NCBI RefSeq assembly: GCF_024502345.1
Contig: NZ_JALDNN010000001.1
Length of the DNA: 64,000 nucleotides
Direction: 5' to 3' (one strand)
Source: Escherichia coli
GTDB lineage: Bacteria > Pseudomonadota > Gammaproteobacteria > Enterobacterales > Enterobacteriaceae
Shown: piece after piece, positions 1 to 9,280 of the stretch
Numbering within the stretch: position 1 is the stretch's first letter
Layout of the letters: each line of letters starts with the position of its first letter
The notes under the pieces: generated by a model
The model's database searches: none
What the model saw: only the letters and a program-made list of their open reading frames with translations
What the model was told of the DNA's origin: nothing
Program-made: the position numbers and the translations under genes

Positions 1-2
1 GA

Positions 3-989
3 ATGACGCCGTGGGACGATGCCATCGCGCAGTGGAGTTTTGATAAAGGCCTGCCTGCGGGCGCGGGCACCGACACGTTACCCGGCGTGCCGTACCAGAT
101 TTTGCCGTTAAAAAGCGGTGAGAAAACCTACGGGCTGGTGGTGGTGGAACCGGGGAATCTGCGTCAGTTGATGATCCCGGAACAGCAGCGCCTGCTGGAG
201 ACGTTTACGCTGTTAGTCGCCAATGCGCTTGAGCGGCTGACGCTGACCGCCAGCGAAGAACAGGCGCGGATGGCAAGCGAACGTGAACAGATCCGCAACG
301 CCCTGCTGGCGGCGCTTTCGCATGATTTACGCACTCCGCTCACGGTGTTGTTCGGTCAGGCAGAAATCTTAACGCTCGATCTGGCAAGCGAAGGATCGCC
401 CCACGCCCGCCAGGCCAGCGAGATTCGTCAGCATGTGCTGAACACTACCCGACTGGTGAATAATCTACTGGATATGGCGCGAATTCAGTCCGGCGGCTTT
501 AATTTGAAGAAAGAGTGGTTAACGCTGGAAGAAGTAGTCGGCAGCGCGCTGCAAATGCTGGAACCGGGTTTATCGTCGCCCATCAACCTTTCTCTGCCAG
601 AACCGCTGACCTTAATCCACGTTGACGGGCCACTCTTTGAACGGGTGCTGATTAATCTGCTGGAGAACGCGGTGAAATATGCGGGTGCGCAGGCGGAAAT
701 TGGTATCGATGCCCACGTTGAGGGCGAAAATCTACAACTGGATGTCTGGGATAACGGCCCCGGTCTTCCGCCAGGCCAGGAGCAGACGATATTTGATAAA
801 TTTGCTCGCGGGAATAAAGAGTCGGCAGTACCGGGTGTAGGGCTTGGACTGGCAATTTGTCGGGCGATAGTGGATGTACACGGGGGCACTATTACCGCGT
901 TCAACCGACCGGAAGGTGGTGCCTGTTTTCGTGTTACACTTCCCCAGCAAACTGCCCCTGAACTTGAAGAATTTCATGAGGATATGTGA
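3..989 (+). CDS. kdpD: Sensor histidine kinase KdpD, C-terminal 328 aa (5' end lies outside window)
   Basis: ORF open at window edge; H-box (SHDLRTPL) and HATPase motifs (DNGPGL, GVGLGL); stop overlaps kdpE start (ATGA). Confidence 0.95.
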   Translation: MTPWDDAIAQWSFDKGLPAGAGTDTLPGVPYQILPLKSGEKTYGLVVVEPGNLRQLMIPEQQRLLETFTLLVANALERLTLTASEEQARMASEREQIRNALLAALSHDLRTPLTVLFGQAEILTLDLASEGSPHARQASEIRQHVLNTTRLVNNLLDMARIQSGGFNLKKEWLTLEEVVGSALQMLEPGLSSPINLSLPEPLTLIHVDGPLFERVLINLLENAVKYAGAQAEIGIDAHVEGENLQLDVWDNGPGLPPGQEQTIFDKFARGNKESAVPGVGLGLAICRAIVDVHGGTITAFNRPEGGACFRVTLPQQTAPELEEFHEDM

Positions 990-1663
990 CAAACGTTCTG
1001 ATTGTTGAAGATGAACAGGCTATTCGTCGCTTTCTGCGCACGGCGCTGGAGGGCGACGGTATGCGCGTCTTTGAGGCCGAAACGCTGCAACGCGGCTTGC
1101 TGGAAGCGGCAACCCGTAAGCCAGATTTGATTATTCTCGATCTCGGCCTGCCCGATGGTGATGGGATTGAGTTTATCCGCGACCTGCGCCAGTGGAGCGC
1201 GGTGCCGGTGATTGTGCTTTCCGTACGCAGCGAAGAGAGCGACAAAATCGCCGCGCTGGATGCCGGAGCGGATGATTATCTAAGTAAGCCGTTTGGCATT
1301 GGCGAATTGCAGGCCCGTCTGCGCGTCGCTTTACGCCGCCACTCCGCCACCGCCGCGCCAGATCCGCTGGTGAAATTTTCCGATGTTACCGTCGATTTAG
1401 CCGCCCGCGTGATTCACCGGGGTGAGGAAGAGGTGCATCTCACGCCGATTGAATTCCGCCTGCTGGCGGTGCTGCTGAATAATGCCGGGAAAGTGCTCAC
1501 CCAGCGCCAACTCCTTAACCAGGTGTGGGGGCCAAACGCGGTCGAACACAGTCATTATTTGCGTATTTATATGGGACATCTGCGACAAAAACTGGAACAG
1601 GATCCCACCCGCCCCCGCCATTTCATTACTGAAACCGGTATTGGGTATCGGTTTATGCTTTAG
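986..1663 (+). CDS. kdpE: Response regulator KdpE (OmpR family)
   Basis: 225 aa; receiver domain plus winged-helix C-terminus; translationally coupled to kdpD. Confidence 0.95.
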   Translation: MTNVLIVEDEQAIRRFLRTALEGDGMRVFEAETLQRGLLEAATRKPDLIILDLGLPDGDGIEFIRDLRQWSAVPVIVLSVRSEESDKIAALDAGADDYLSKPFGIGELQARLRVALRRHSATAAPDPLVKFSDVTVDLAARVIHRGEEEVHLTPIEFRLLAVLLNNAGKVLTQRQLLNQVWGPNAVEHSHYLRIYMGHLRQKLEQDPTRPRHFITETGIGYRFML

Positions 1664-1673
1664 GCGGTTAAAT

Positions 1674-1772
1674 GCTGGATCCGGCATGAACGCCTTATCC
1701 GGCCTACAAAATCGCTTAAATTCAATATATTGCACCATCCTCGCAGGCCTGATAAGCGTAGCGCATCAGGCA
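1674..1772. repeat. REP/BIME element (Y-type REP, spacer with IHF-like motif, inverted Z-type REP; RIP-like)
   Basis: gccggat..cgccttatccggcctac and aggcctgataagcgtagcgcatcaggc palindromic units; near-identical copies at 9104-9201 and 17516-17614. Confidence 0.8.
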
Positions 1773-1792
1773 ATTCTGTGTTTGTCATACGT

Positions 1793-1826
1793 AAAAAAGG
1801 GCGATCTTGCGACCGCCCTTTTTTTA
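1793..1826. terminator. Bidirectional intrinsic terminator between kdpE and pgm
   Basis: GC hairpin gggcgatcttgcgaccgccc flanked by A-run upstream and T-run downstream. Confidence 0.7.
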
Positions 1827-1836
1827 TTAAATGTGT

Positions 1837-3477
1837 TTACGCGTTTTTCAGAACTTCGCTAACAATCTCAACCGCTTCTTTCTCAATCTGCTTGCGATGT
1901 TCTTCACCGAGGAAGCTTTCGCAGTAGATCTTATATGCGTCTTCCGTGCCTGACGGACGCGCGGCGAACCAGCCGTTGTCAGTCATCACTTTCAGACCGC
2001 CAATAGAAGCACCGTTGCCCGGAGCAGCAGTCAGGCGCGCGGTGATCGGATCACCTGCCAGGGTGCTGGCGCTCACCATTTCCGGAGACAGCTTAGACAG
2101 CGCCGCTTTTTGTGCGGAAGTCGCAGCTGCCTGCAAACGGTTGTAGCTCGGCGCACCAAAGCGTTTTGCCAGTTCGTTGTAGTGTTCCTGCGGGTTCTTA
2201 CCGGTGACAGCGGTGATTTCCGCCGCCAGCAGACACATGATGATGCCGTCTTTGTCGGTGGACCACGGCGTGCCGTCGAAACGCAGGAAGGAAGCCCCTG
2301 CGCTCTCTTCGCCGCCAAAGCCGAAGCTGCCGTCGAACAGACCATCAACAAACCATTTGAAACCTACCGGGACTTCTACCAGCTTGCGGCCCAAGTCATT
2401 GACCACACGGTCGATCATCGCAGAAGAAACCAGCGTTTTACCGACAGCAACATCTTTGCTCCACTGCGGACGATGCTGGAACAGGTAGTTGATCGCCACC
2501 GCCAGGTAGTGGTTCGGATTCATCAAACCTGCCGGAGTGACAATACCGTGACGGTCATAATCCGGGTCGTTAGCAAACGCCAGATCGAACTTATCACGCA
2601 GTGCCAGCAGGCCTGCCATTGCACACTCAGAGGAGCAGTCCATACGGATCGCGCCGTCTTTATCAAGGTGCATAAAGCGGAAGGTTTGATCGACCTGATC
2701 GTTAACGATAGTCAGGTTGAGGTTGTAATACTCGCCAATACGCTTCCAGTATTCGATACCGGAACCGCCCAGCGGATCAACGCCAAGCGTCAGGCCCGCT
2801 TTCTGAATCGCCGCCATATCAACGATATCGGCCAGCCCTTCCACAAACGGCTGCACCAGATCCTGCTCTTTCACATGACCGGATGCCATCGCTTCGTCGA
2901 GGGAGATACGCTTCACGCCTTTCAGGCCATCGGCCATCAGTGCGTTGGCTCTGTCTTCCACCACTTTAGTGACGTTGGTATCTGCCGGGCCACCATTTGG
3001 CGGATTGTATTTGATTCCACCATCTTCCGGCGGGTTATGGGACGGTGTAATCACGATACCGTCTGCCAGCGGGCCACCTTTTTTATTGTGAACCAGGATG
3101 GCATTGGAAACGGCAGGCGTCGGGGTGAAGCCATTGTTTTCCTGCACAATAACATCTACGCCGTTCGCTGCCAGCACTTCCAGTACGGAAATGAACGCAG
3201 GCTCGGACAGGGCGTGAGTATCTTTACCCACATAGCAAGGGCCAGTGATGCCGTTTTTCGCACGTTCTTCAGCAATTGCCTGAGCGATCGCCAGAATGTG
3301 CGGCTCGTTAAAGCTGTGGCGCGCTGCACTGCCACGGTGACCGGAAGTACCGAATTTCACCGCGTGCTCCGCATTCCCTGCTTCTGGTTTCAGTACATAA
3401 TATTGCGCCGTCAGTTGGGCGACGTTAATCAAATCACTCTGTTGTGCAGGTTGGCCTGCACGATTGTGGATTGCCAT
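1837..3477 (-). CDS. pgm: Phosphoglucomutase
   Basis: 546 aa from internal Met (MAIHNRAG...); TSGHRGS and SHNPPEDGG motifs; six-frame ORF carries a 17-codon upstream extension. Confidence 0.95.
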   Translation of the reverse strand: MAIHNRAGQPAQQSDLINVAQLTAQYYVLKPEAGNAEHAVKFGTSGHRGSAARHSFNEPHILAIAQAIAEERAKNGITGPCYVGKDTHALSEPAFISVLEVLAANGVDVIVQENNGFTPTPAVSNAILVHNKKGGPLADGIVITPSHNPPEDGGIKYNPPNGGPADTNVTKVVEDRANALMADGLKGVKRISLDEAMASGHVKEQDLVQPFVEGLADIVDMAAIQKAGLTLGVDPLGGSGIEYWKRIGEYYNLNLTIVNDQVDQTFRFMHLDKDGAIRMDCSSECAMAGLLALRDKFDLAFANDPDYDRHGIVTPAGLMNPNHYLAVAINYLFQHRPQWSKDVAVGKTLVSSAMIDRVVNDLGRKLVEVPVGFKWFVDGLFDGSFGFGGEESAGASFLRFDGTPWSTDKDGIIMCLLAAEITAVTGKNPQEHYNELAKRFGAPSYNRLQAAATSAQKAALSKLSPEMVSASTLAGDPITARLTAAPGNGASIGGLKVMTDNGWFAARPSGTEDAYKIYCESFLGEEHRKQIEKEAVEIVSEVLKNA

Positions 3478-3502
3478 TGCTTTGTCCTTTGTCTGCAACG
3501 TT

Positions 3503-4048
3503 TTAGATAGTTCCGCAAACCTTCTCAATCAATTCCGCCGGGAATTGCATCGACTGCATGATGTGTTCGATCATGCTGCATTTACGGCCGGTGTTGGTGT
3601 TGGTGATCACCCAATACGGCGTGCCTGGCACATGTTTCGGCTTGGTCTGATTACCATTTTTCAGCAGCGTTTGTTCATCTGCCGCAAAGTAAACGCGTGT
3701 ACGACCGTGCAACGATTCCGTTGCTTCGGCAAACGCCTGGGCGTCAAGAGAATATAGTGTAGACAACAGCAGCATAAAGCGATTGACCGCTCGCTTTTGC
3801 TCTGCGTATTCATCCGAAAGCAGAAGTTCACGCATTGCGCGAACCTTGTCTTTAATCGTTTTGACCGGCTTCGCTTCGACGATAGCAGGTGACGCAACGC
3901 GAACCTCTTTCGTCACCAGAGCAGCAGGCTGTGATGCGGCGGAAAATTTCAACATACGCCGTAAAATGTCGGATGCGCTCTCGCCGATATGCTTAGTGTG
4001 GCTGGCAATATAGCTGTAGAGTTCATCATCAACTTCAATCGTTTTCAT
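3503..4048 (-). CDS. seqA: SeqA, negative modulator of replication initiation
   Basis: 181 aa from internal Met ([13 protein letters not shown]...); ORF track start at 4183 is an N-terminal extension. Confidence 0.92.
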   Translation of the reverse strand: MKTIEVDDELYSYIASHTKHIGESASDILRRMLKFSAASQPAALVTKEVRVASPAIVEAKPVKTIKDKVRAMRELLLSDEYAEQKRAVNRFMLLLSTLYSLDAQAFAEATESLHGRTRVYFAADEQTLLKNGNQTKPKHVPGTPYWVITNTNTGRKCSMIEHIMQSMQFPAELIEKVCGTI

Positions 4049-4232
4049 CTTAATCCAGTGCAGTGTCTTAGCTGAATACAAGTCGCCAGGAGTATATGAA
4101 TAAATCCCGGCAGCGGATAGCGTCAAGCCTGGCTTGCAGAAAAACTCGGAATAAACCTTATTTGTTGCAGCCCTGTGGCACAATGGTCAACATAATACCC
4201 TAACCCGACAACGCGAAAAAAAGAACTTTGCC

Positions 4233-4997
4233 ATGAAATTGAATATCCGCGCGCAAACTGCACAAAACCAGCACAATAATTCTCCCATCGTTCTTGTCCA
4301 TGGTCTGTTTGGCAGCCTCGACAACCTTGGCGTACTGGCTCGCGATCTGGTAAACGATCACAATATCATCCAGGTTGATATGCGTAACCACGGTCTTTCA
4401 CCGAGAGATCCGGTAATGAATTACCCGGCGATGGCGCAGGATCTTGTTGATACTCTGGATGCACAGCAGATCGACAAAGCAACATTTATCGGTCACTCCA
4501 TGGGCGGTAAAGCGGTAATGGCACTTACTGCACTGGCTCCCGATCGCATCGATAAACTGGTGGCGATCGATATCGCACCGGTCGACTATCACGTTCGCCG
4601 GCATGATGAGATTTTCGCGGCCATCAACGCAGTCAGTGAATCGGACGCACAAACTCGCCAGCAAGCAGCAGCAATAATGCGCCAGCATCTTAATGAAGAA
4701 GGGGTGATTCAGTTTCTGTTGAAATCTTTTGTTGACGGGGAGTGGCGCTTTAACGTGCCGGTATTGTGGGATCAGTATCCGCATATTGTGGGTTGGGAGA
4801 AAATCCCGGCATGGGATCACCCTGCCCTGTTTATCCCTGGTGGTAATTCTCCGTATGTTAGCGAGCAGTACCGTGATGATTTACTGGCACAATTTCCACA
4901 GGCACGGGCGCATGTGATTGCAGGCGCGGGTCACTGGGTCCATGCTGAAAAACCGGATGCGGTATTACGCGCTATCCGTCGCTATCTCAATGATTAA
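4233..4997 (+). CDS. ybfF: Esterase YbfF (alpha/beta hydrolase)
   Basis: 254 aa; GHSMGG nucleophile-elbow motif. Confidence 0.9.
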   Translation: MKLNIRAQTAQNQHNNSPIVLVHGLFGSLDNLGVLARDLVNDHNIIQVDMRNHGLSPRDPVMNYPAMAQDLVDTLDAQQIDKATFIGHSMGGKAVMALTALAPDRIDKLVAIDIAPVDYHVRRHDEIFAAINAVSESDAQTRQQAAAIMRQHLNEEGVIQFLLKSFVDGEWRFNVPVLWDQYPHIVGWEKIPAWDHPALFIPGGNSPYVSEQYRDDLLAQFPQARAHVIAGAGHWVHAEKPDAVLRAIRRYLND

Positions 4998-5136
4998 CGC
5001 AACTGATTAAAAACCCAGCGTCCGCGTCGCTTTCCGCGCGTGGGCGTTGGCGTGACTCATCGCGCTGATGTATTATGGCGCGCTATCCATCCGGGCAGAG
5101 GCCTGGCTGATTGTTTCCCCCGAAGTCACCAAGATC

Positions 5137-5430
5137 ATGGCCAAAGAACAAACGGACCGTACGACATTAGATCTGTTCGCGCACGAGCGTCGACCGGGAC
5201 GACCGAAAACAAATCCGCTTTCGCGCGATGAACAGCTGCGTATTAATAAACGCAACCAACTAAAACGCGACAAAGTACGTGGCCTTAAGCGTGTCGAACT
5301 GAAGCTGAACGCGGAAGCTGTCGAGGCGCTGAACGAGCTGGCGGAATCGCGCAATATGAGCCGTAGCGAACTGATCGAAGAGATGTTAATGCAGCAACTG
5401 GCGGCGCTGCGTAGTCAGGGCATCGTTTAA
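5137..5430 (+). CDS. ybfE: Small conserved protein YbfE (annotated as LexA-regulated)
   Basis: 97 aa from internal Met MAKEQTD...; basic, helical. Confidence 0.8.
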   Translation: MAKEQTDRTTLDLFAHERRPGRPKTNPLSRDEQLRINKRNQLKRDKVRGLKRVELKLNAEAVEALNELAESRNMSRSELIEEMLMQQLAALRSQGIV

Positions 5431-5569
5431 ATTTCCACTTTCATGTAGCACAGTGTGCAGTCCTGCTCGTTTGCTGATTCCGCAAGACTGCCTGTTCTGC
5501 TATGATTGCCTTTATCCGTGGGCAATTTTCCACCCCCATTTCAATAAGTTTCAAGAGGTTATTTCACTC

Positions 5570-6100
5570 ATGGCTATCACTGGCATCTTTTTCGGCAGCG
5601 ACACCGGTAATACCGAAAATATCGCAAAAATGATTCAAAAACAGCTTGGTAAAGACGTTGCCGATGTCCATGACATTGCAAAAAGCAGCAAAGAAGATCT
5701 GGAAGCTTATGACATTCTGCTGCTGGGCATCCCAACCTGGTATTACGGCGAAGCGCAGTGTGACTGGGATGACTTCTTCCCGACTCTCGAAGAGATTGAT
5801 TTCAATGGCAAACTGGTTGCGCTGTTTGGTTGTGGTGACCAGGAAGATTACGCCGAATATTTCTGCGACGCATTGGGCACCATCCGCGACATCATTGAAC
5901 CGCGCGGTGCAACCATCGTTGGTCACTGGCCAACTGCGGGCTATCATTTCGAAGCATCAAAAGGTCTGGCAGATGACGACCACTTTGTCGGTCTGGCTAT
6001 CGACGAAGACCGTCAGCCGGAACTGACCGCTGAACGTGTAGAAAAATGGGTTAAACAGATTTCTGAAGAGTTGCATCTCGACGAAATTCTTAATGCCTGA
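5570..6100 (+). CDS. fldA: Flavodoxin 1
   Basis: 176 aa from internal Met ([16 protein letters not shown]...); flavodoxin FMN-binding signature. Confidence 0.95.
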
Positions 6101-6103
6101 TGT

Positions 6104-6133
6104 GATGCGGCGTAGACTCATGTCTACGCCGCA
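6104..6133 (+). terminator. Hairpin downstream of fldA (partial terminator or processing site)
   Basis: gatgcggcgtagac / gtctacgccgcatt inverted repeat immediately after fldA stop. Confidence 0.5.
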
Positions 6134-6305
6134 TTAATAGATAATGCCAATCAAAATAATTGCTACAAATTTGTAACTTTTGCTGTTGTACCTGTACAAT
6201 GTCCCGGTGTTCAAGTGGCCTTGCCGTTGTAAATGTAAGCTGTGCCACGTTTTTATTAACAATATTTGCCAGGGACTTGTGGTTTTCATTTAGGCGTGGC
6301 AATTC

Positions 6306-6324
6306 TATAATGATACGCATTATC
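6306..6324 (+). promoter_or_regulatory. Fur box in fur/uof promoter region (autoregulation)
   Basis: TATAATGATACGCATTATC matches the 19-bp Fur consensus GATAATGATAATCATTATC at 15/19 positions. Confidence 0.6.
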
Positions 6325-6396
6325 TCAAGAGCAAATTCTGTCACTTCTTCTAATGAAGTGAACCGCTTAGTAACAGGACAGATTCCGCATGACTGA
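6310..6396 (+). CDS. uof: uof, upstream-of-fur leader peptide (28 aa)
   Basis: MIRIISRANSVTSSNEVNRLVTGQIPHD; 3' end overlaps fur start, consistent with translational coupling. Confidence 0.8.
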   Translation: MIRIISRANSVTSSNEVNRLVTGQIPHD

Positions 6397-6835
6397 TAAC
6401 AATACCGCCCTAAAGAAAGCTGGCCTGAAAGTAACGCTTCCACGTTTAAAAATCCTGGAAGTTCTTCAGGAGCCGGACAACCATCACGTCAGTGCGGAAG
6501 ATTTATACAAACGTCTGATCGATATGGGTGAAGAAATTGGTCTGGCTACGGTATATCGCGTACTGAACCAGTTTGACGACGCTGGTATCGTCACCCGCCA
6601 CAATTTTGAAGGCGGTAAATCCGTATTTGAACTGACACAGCAACATCACCACGATCACCTGATCTGCCTCGACTGCGGCAAGGTTATCGAATTTAGTGAT
6701 GATTCCATCGAAGCGCGTCAGCGTGAAATTGCCGCAAAACATGGCATTCGCCTAACTAACCACAGTCTCTATCTTTACGGTCACTGTGCCGAAGGCGATT
6801 GCCGCGAAGATGAACATGCGCACGAAGGCAAATAA
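6389..6835 (+). CDS. fur: Ferric uptake regulator Fur
   Basis: 148 aa; HHHDH and CxxC metal-binding motifs. Confidence 0.97.
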   Translation: MTDNNTALKKAGLKVTLPRLKILEVLQEPDNHHVSAEDLYKRLIDMGEEIGLATVYRVLNQFDDAGIVTRHNFEGGKSVFELTQQHHHDHLICLDCGKVIEFSDDSIEARQREIAAKHGIRLTNHSLYLYGHCAEGDCREDEHAHEGK

Positions 6836-6850
6836 GCCAGCCTGAATGAG

Positions 6851-6880
6851 AAAAAGCCAACCTGCGGGTTGGCTTTTTTA
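6851..6880. terminator. Intrinsic terminator after fur (bidirectional with chiQ)
   Basis: aaaaagccaacc-tgcg-ggttggcttttttat. Confidence 0.8.
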
Positions 6881-6919
6881 TGCAAGGGAAATAAGAAAAG
6901 CGAGAGTTACAGCTCTCAC

Positions 6920-7246
6920 TTATTTGTTATTACTGCGAATTTCCTGCCAAACTTTATCACAATCGGCTTTCACCGCCTGATCATTTCCGGTTTGCGTTGC
7001 ACGCAGACACTGCTGATAATCCAGTACGCGGACACTTTCCTGGTCGGCAAAATGCTGATGTTGTTTCTCTTTCTTCAGCACGTTTAACACGCTCTGGCAG
7101 GCTTCAATTTTTTCTGGCGAACCTTGTGCGGTGTTGATACAGGCGCTGTATGCCTCTTTCAGACGACTGTCTTCCTGTGGCGCGGTTGATTGCGCACAAG
7201 CTACCAGCCCCGATGCCATTATGGCGATGAGAATCAGTTTTTTCAT
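6920..7246 (-). CDS. chiQ: Lipoprotein ChiQ (YbfN)
   Basis: 108 aa; signal peptide with lipobox LVAC. Confidence 0.85.
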   Translation of the reverse strand: MKKLILIAIMASGLVACAQSTAPQEDSRLKEAYSACINTAQGSPEKIEACQSVLNVLKKEKQHQHFADQESVRVLDYQQCLRATQTGNDQAVKADCDKVWQEIRSNNK

Positions 7247-7295
7247 TGAAAATTCCTCAAACGTGCGGCAGGCACAAAACCTGCCGCGTCGTGCA

Positions 7296-8702
7296 TCAGA
7301 AGATGGTGAATGGTGCGATTACCATAAATTTCACGTCACGCTCATCCTGGAAGATGTTACCGTAACCGCCGCCCCAGCTTGGGATGTCGGAGTGGTTGTC
7401 GTATTCGGTGAAGTGCAGTTTGAACATCGTGCCTTTGGCGCGACCGTCCTGAATGGTGTAGACCGCATCCAGGCTGTAGGCAGACTCTTCAATAGTCCGG
7501 TTTTTGTCGTAGTACGCATCCGGATTGCTCTGCCAGGTCGCAGGTTTAGCATCCCATGCGTAAACGTAGGAAGCGCCGATGGCGAAGCCTGGAAGATTCC
7601 AGTTTTTCAGGTCATACATCGCACCGAAGAAGACCGCTTTTTCGCCGTTAGCGTTGAAGTCGGAACGGTTATCCCACCAGATATCCAGGCGGCCGTTGGA
7701 GGAAGCGTAGGTTGGAGTCATACGTTGCAGGAAGTATCCCTGCTGACCGTCAGCCTTAACCCAGGTGCCTTCGAGGCGCAAATCCACTACGTCAGCCGCC
7801 CGGTAACCAAAGGTCAACGCTTGCAGCCAGGCGGTGCCGTCATAAAGGTCGTTGACGCTGCGATCGTCAACTTTATCGCGCGTACCATAGAACTGGTAGC
7901 TGGTGGTTAACGGGCTACCGGCGATATCAAATTTGTAGCTGGCTTTGGCAAAATATTGATCGATATACCCTTCCGCCTGACCAAATGCCGCTTCCAGTAC
8001 GAAGTTATTTTTGAAGTCGTATTTCGCCCCAAGGGAGTGCAGATAATCAACTTTGGTGGTTTTATCGTTCTGATAAAACTCATCCATTTCCAGATGCCAC
8101 GGCGCTTTGTATTCGTTGGTCCACATGTAGGAGAAACTCAACGCACCAGCATCGCCGTAATCAAAATTCGCCCCGGCTTCCGCCCCCTGATAAGTACCTG
8201 GCATAAAGCTCCAGTGCGGCGCTAACAGCGTTTGACCAGTTGGCTGAATGTAACCTGCCCTCGCCCAAACCGGACCGTATTTAAATTTGGCCGCAGCTTT
8301 ATACAGGCTTATACCGCTTTTGTCGCCGGACCAGTCTTCGTCATAGGCTTTATTACTTTTTGAAAACGCGATTTCGTTCGGGTGGGAGCTGTCGCCGTTT
8401 TCCGCCATTTCAATCGCCGTAAACGCAGCAATATCAAGGCCGAACATATCAGCAGCATAACCGGACTGAAAATCGAGGTTGGCATTCCAGGTGGAGTGAG
8501 AAAGGTTGGTTTTGTATTTGTCGCCGTCGGTAACATCTTTACGGTCGCGTTCACGCTGCCAGTAATATATACCGCCGGTTAAGGTTGAATCGTCGATGAA
8601 TCCTTCGGCGCGAGCCTCCGGCATTGCCATAAAGCCCGACATTGCTGTAACACCGGCGATAGCCAGCGCCAGCGTACTACGTTTGCCACTAAACGTACGC
8701 AT
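7296..8702 (-). CDS. chiP: Chitoporin ChiP (YbfM), OprD-family outer-membrane porin
   Basis: 468 aa; N-terminal signal peptide; C-terminal aromatic residue (...PFTIF) typical of beta-barrels. Confidence 0.9.
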   Translation of the reverse strand: MRTFSGKRSTLALAIAGVTAMSGFMAMPEARAEGFIDDSTLTGGIYYWQRERDRKDVTDGDKYKTNLSHSTWNANLDFQSGYAADMFGLDIAAFTAIEMAENGDSSHPNEIAFSKSNKAYDEDWSGDKSGISLYKAAAKFKYGPVWARAGYIQPTGQTLLAPHWSFMPGTYQGAEAGANFDYGDAGALSFSYMWTNEYKAPWHLEMDEFYQNDKTTKVDYLHSLGAKYDFKNNFVLEAAFGQAEGYIDQYFAKASYKFDIAGSPLTTSYQFYGTRDKVDDRSVNDLYDGTAWLQALTFGYRAADVVDLRLEGTWVKADGQQGYFLQRMTPTYASSNGRLDIWWDNRSDFNANGEKAVFFGAMYDLKNWNLPGFAIGASYVYAWDAKPATWQSNPDAYYDKNRTIEESAYSLDAVYTIQDGRAKGTMFKLHFTEYDNHSDIPSWGGGYGNIFQDERDVKFMVIAPFTIF

Positions 8703-9103
8703 GGGTTAATCCTCTTTGACGTATAAATTGCTGCACCAAAGGTGAACAGCGAAAAAATAAAAATTAAAAAAGTAGCGTTGAGAAAAGTCTCGCTGACTAC
8801 AGGAACAGACTATTTTTCGCGGCGCGAATTATCAATCTCTTTCTGTAACCAGAATGTAAGAACATGAGCAACCGCACATATTTTGATGATTTTTGTTACA
8901 AGGCTTAAGTTTGCGGTTGAAAGGCTTGCAGAAGAATAAAAGCGTGAATTTCCAGCAAGATGAAAGCGGTTACATTTTATTTAATTATGTTTTGTTATTT
9001 TAAATTTATTTTATGGATAAATTGCGAAGCGGAATTAATTCGTGAAGAAAAGCAGAAAAAAACGCCGCAGACCGCGGCGTTTAGGATTGTTTGCATGTTT
9101 CTT

Positions 9104-9267
9104 GCCGGATGCGGCGTGAACGCCTTATCCGGCCTACAAAAGCACGCAAACTCAATATATTGCAGAGATCATGTAGGCCTGATAAGCGTAGCGCATCAGG
9201 CAATTTAGCGTTTGAAACTGTTTGTCTGTTCCTTGCCGGATGCGACGTAAACGCCCCATCCGGCATA
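9104..9267. repeat. BIME cluster: Y REP, IHF-like spacer, inverted Z REP, plus a third REP unit
   Basis: gccggatgcggcgtgaacgccttatccggcctac ... taggcctgataagcgtagcgcatcaggc ... gccggatgcgacgtaaacgccccatccggcat. Confidence 0.85.
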
Positions 9268-9280
9268 GCGAAACGTAAAA

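Noticed and set aside
2110-3510. 466-aa ORF antisense to pgm; similar long antisense ORFs at 35295-36974 (opposite leuS), 60081-61145 (opposite citF), 58529-59575 (opposite citE), 41639-42610 (opposite mrdA), 22289-23200 (opposite miaB), 11922-12848 (opposite nagE), 48845-49693 (opposite lipA), 7131-7910 (opposite chiP)
   Set aside because: They lie entirely within well-supported genes on the other strand, have Arg/His/Cys-rich low-complexity translations with no recognisable domains, and are the expected by-product of codon bias in GC-rich genes.
4998-5136. LexA box upstream of ybfE
   Set aside because: I could not find a CTGT-N8-ACAG match in the upstream region by eye, so no site is annotated.
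9104-9267. Repeated palindromic units as a possible CRISPR array
   Set aside because: The units are REP/BIME palindromes of differing orientation with non-uniform spacing, occur at three unlinked intergenic sites, and no cas genes are present.
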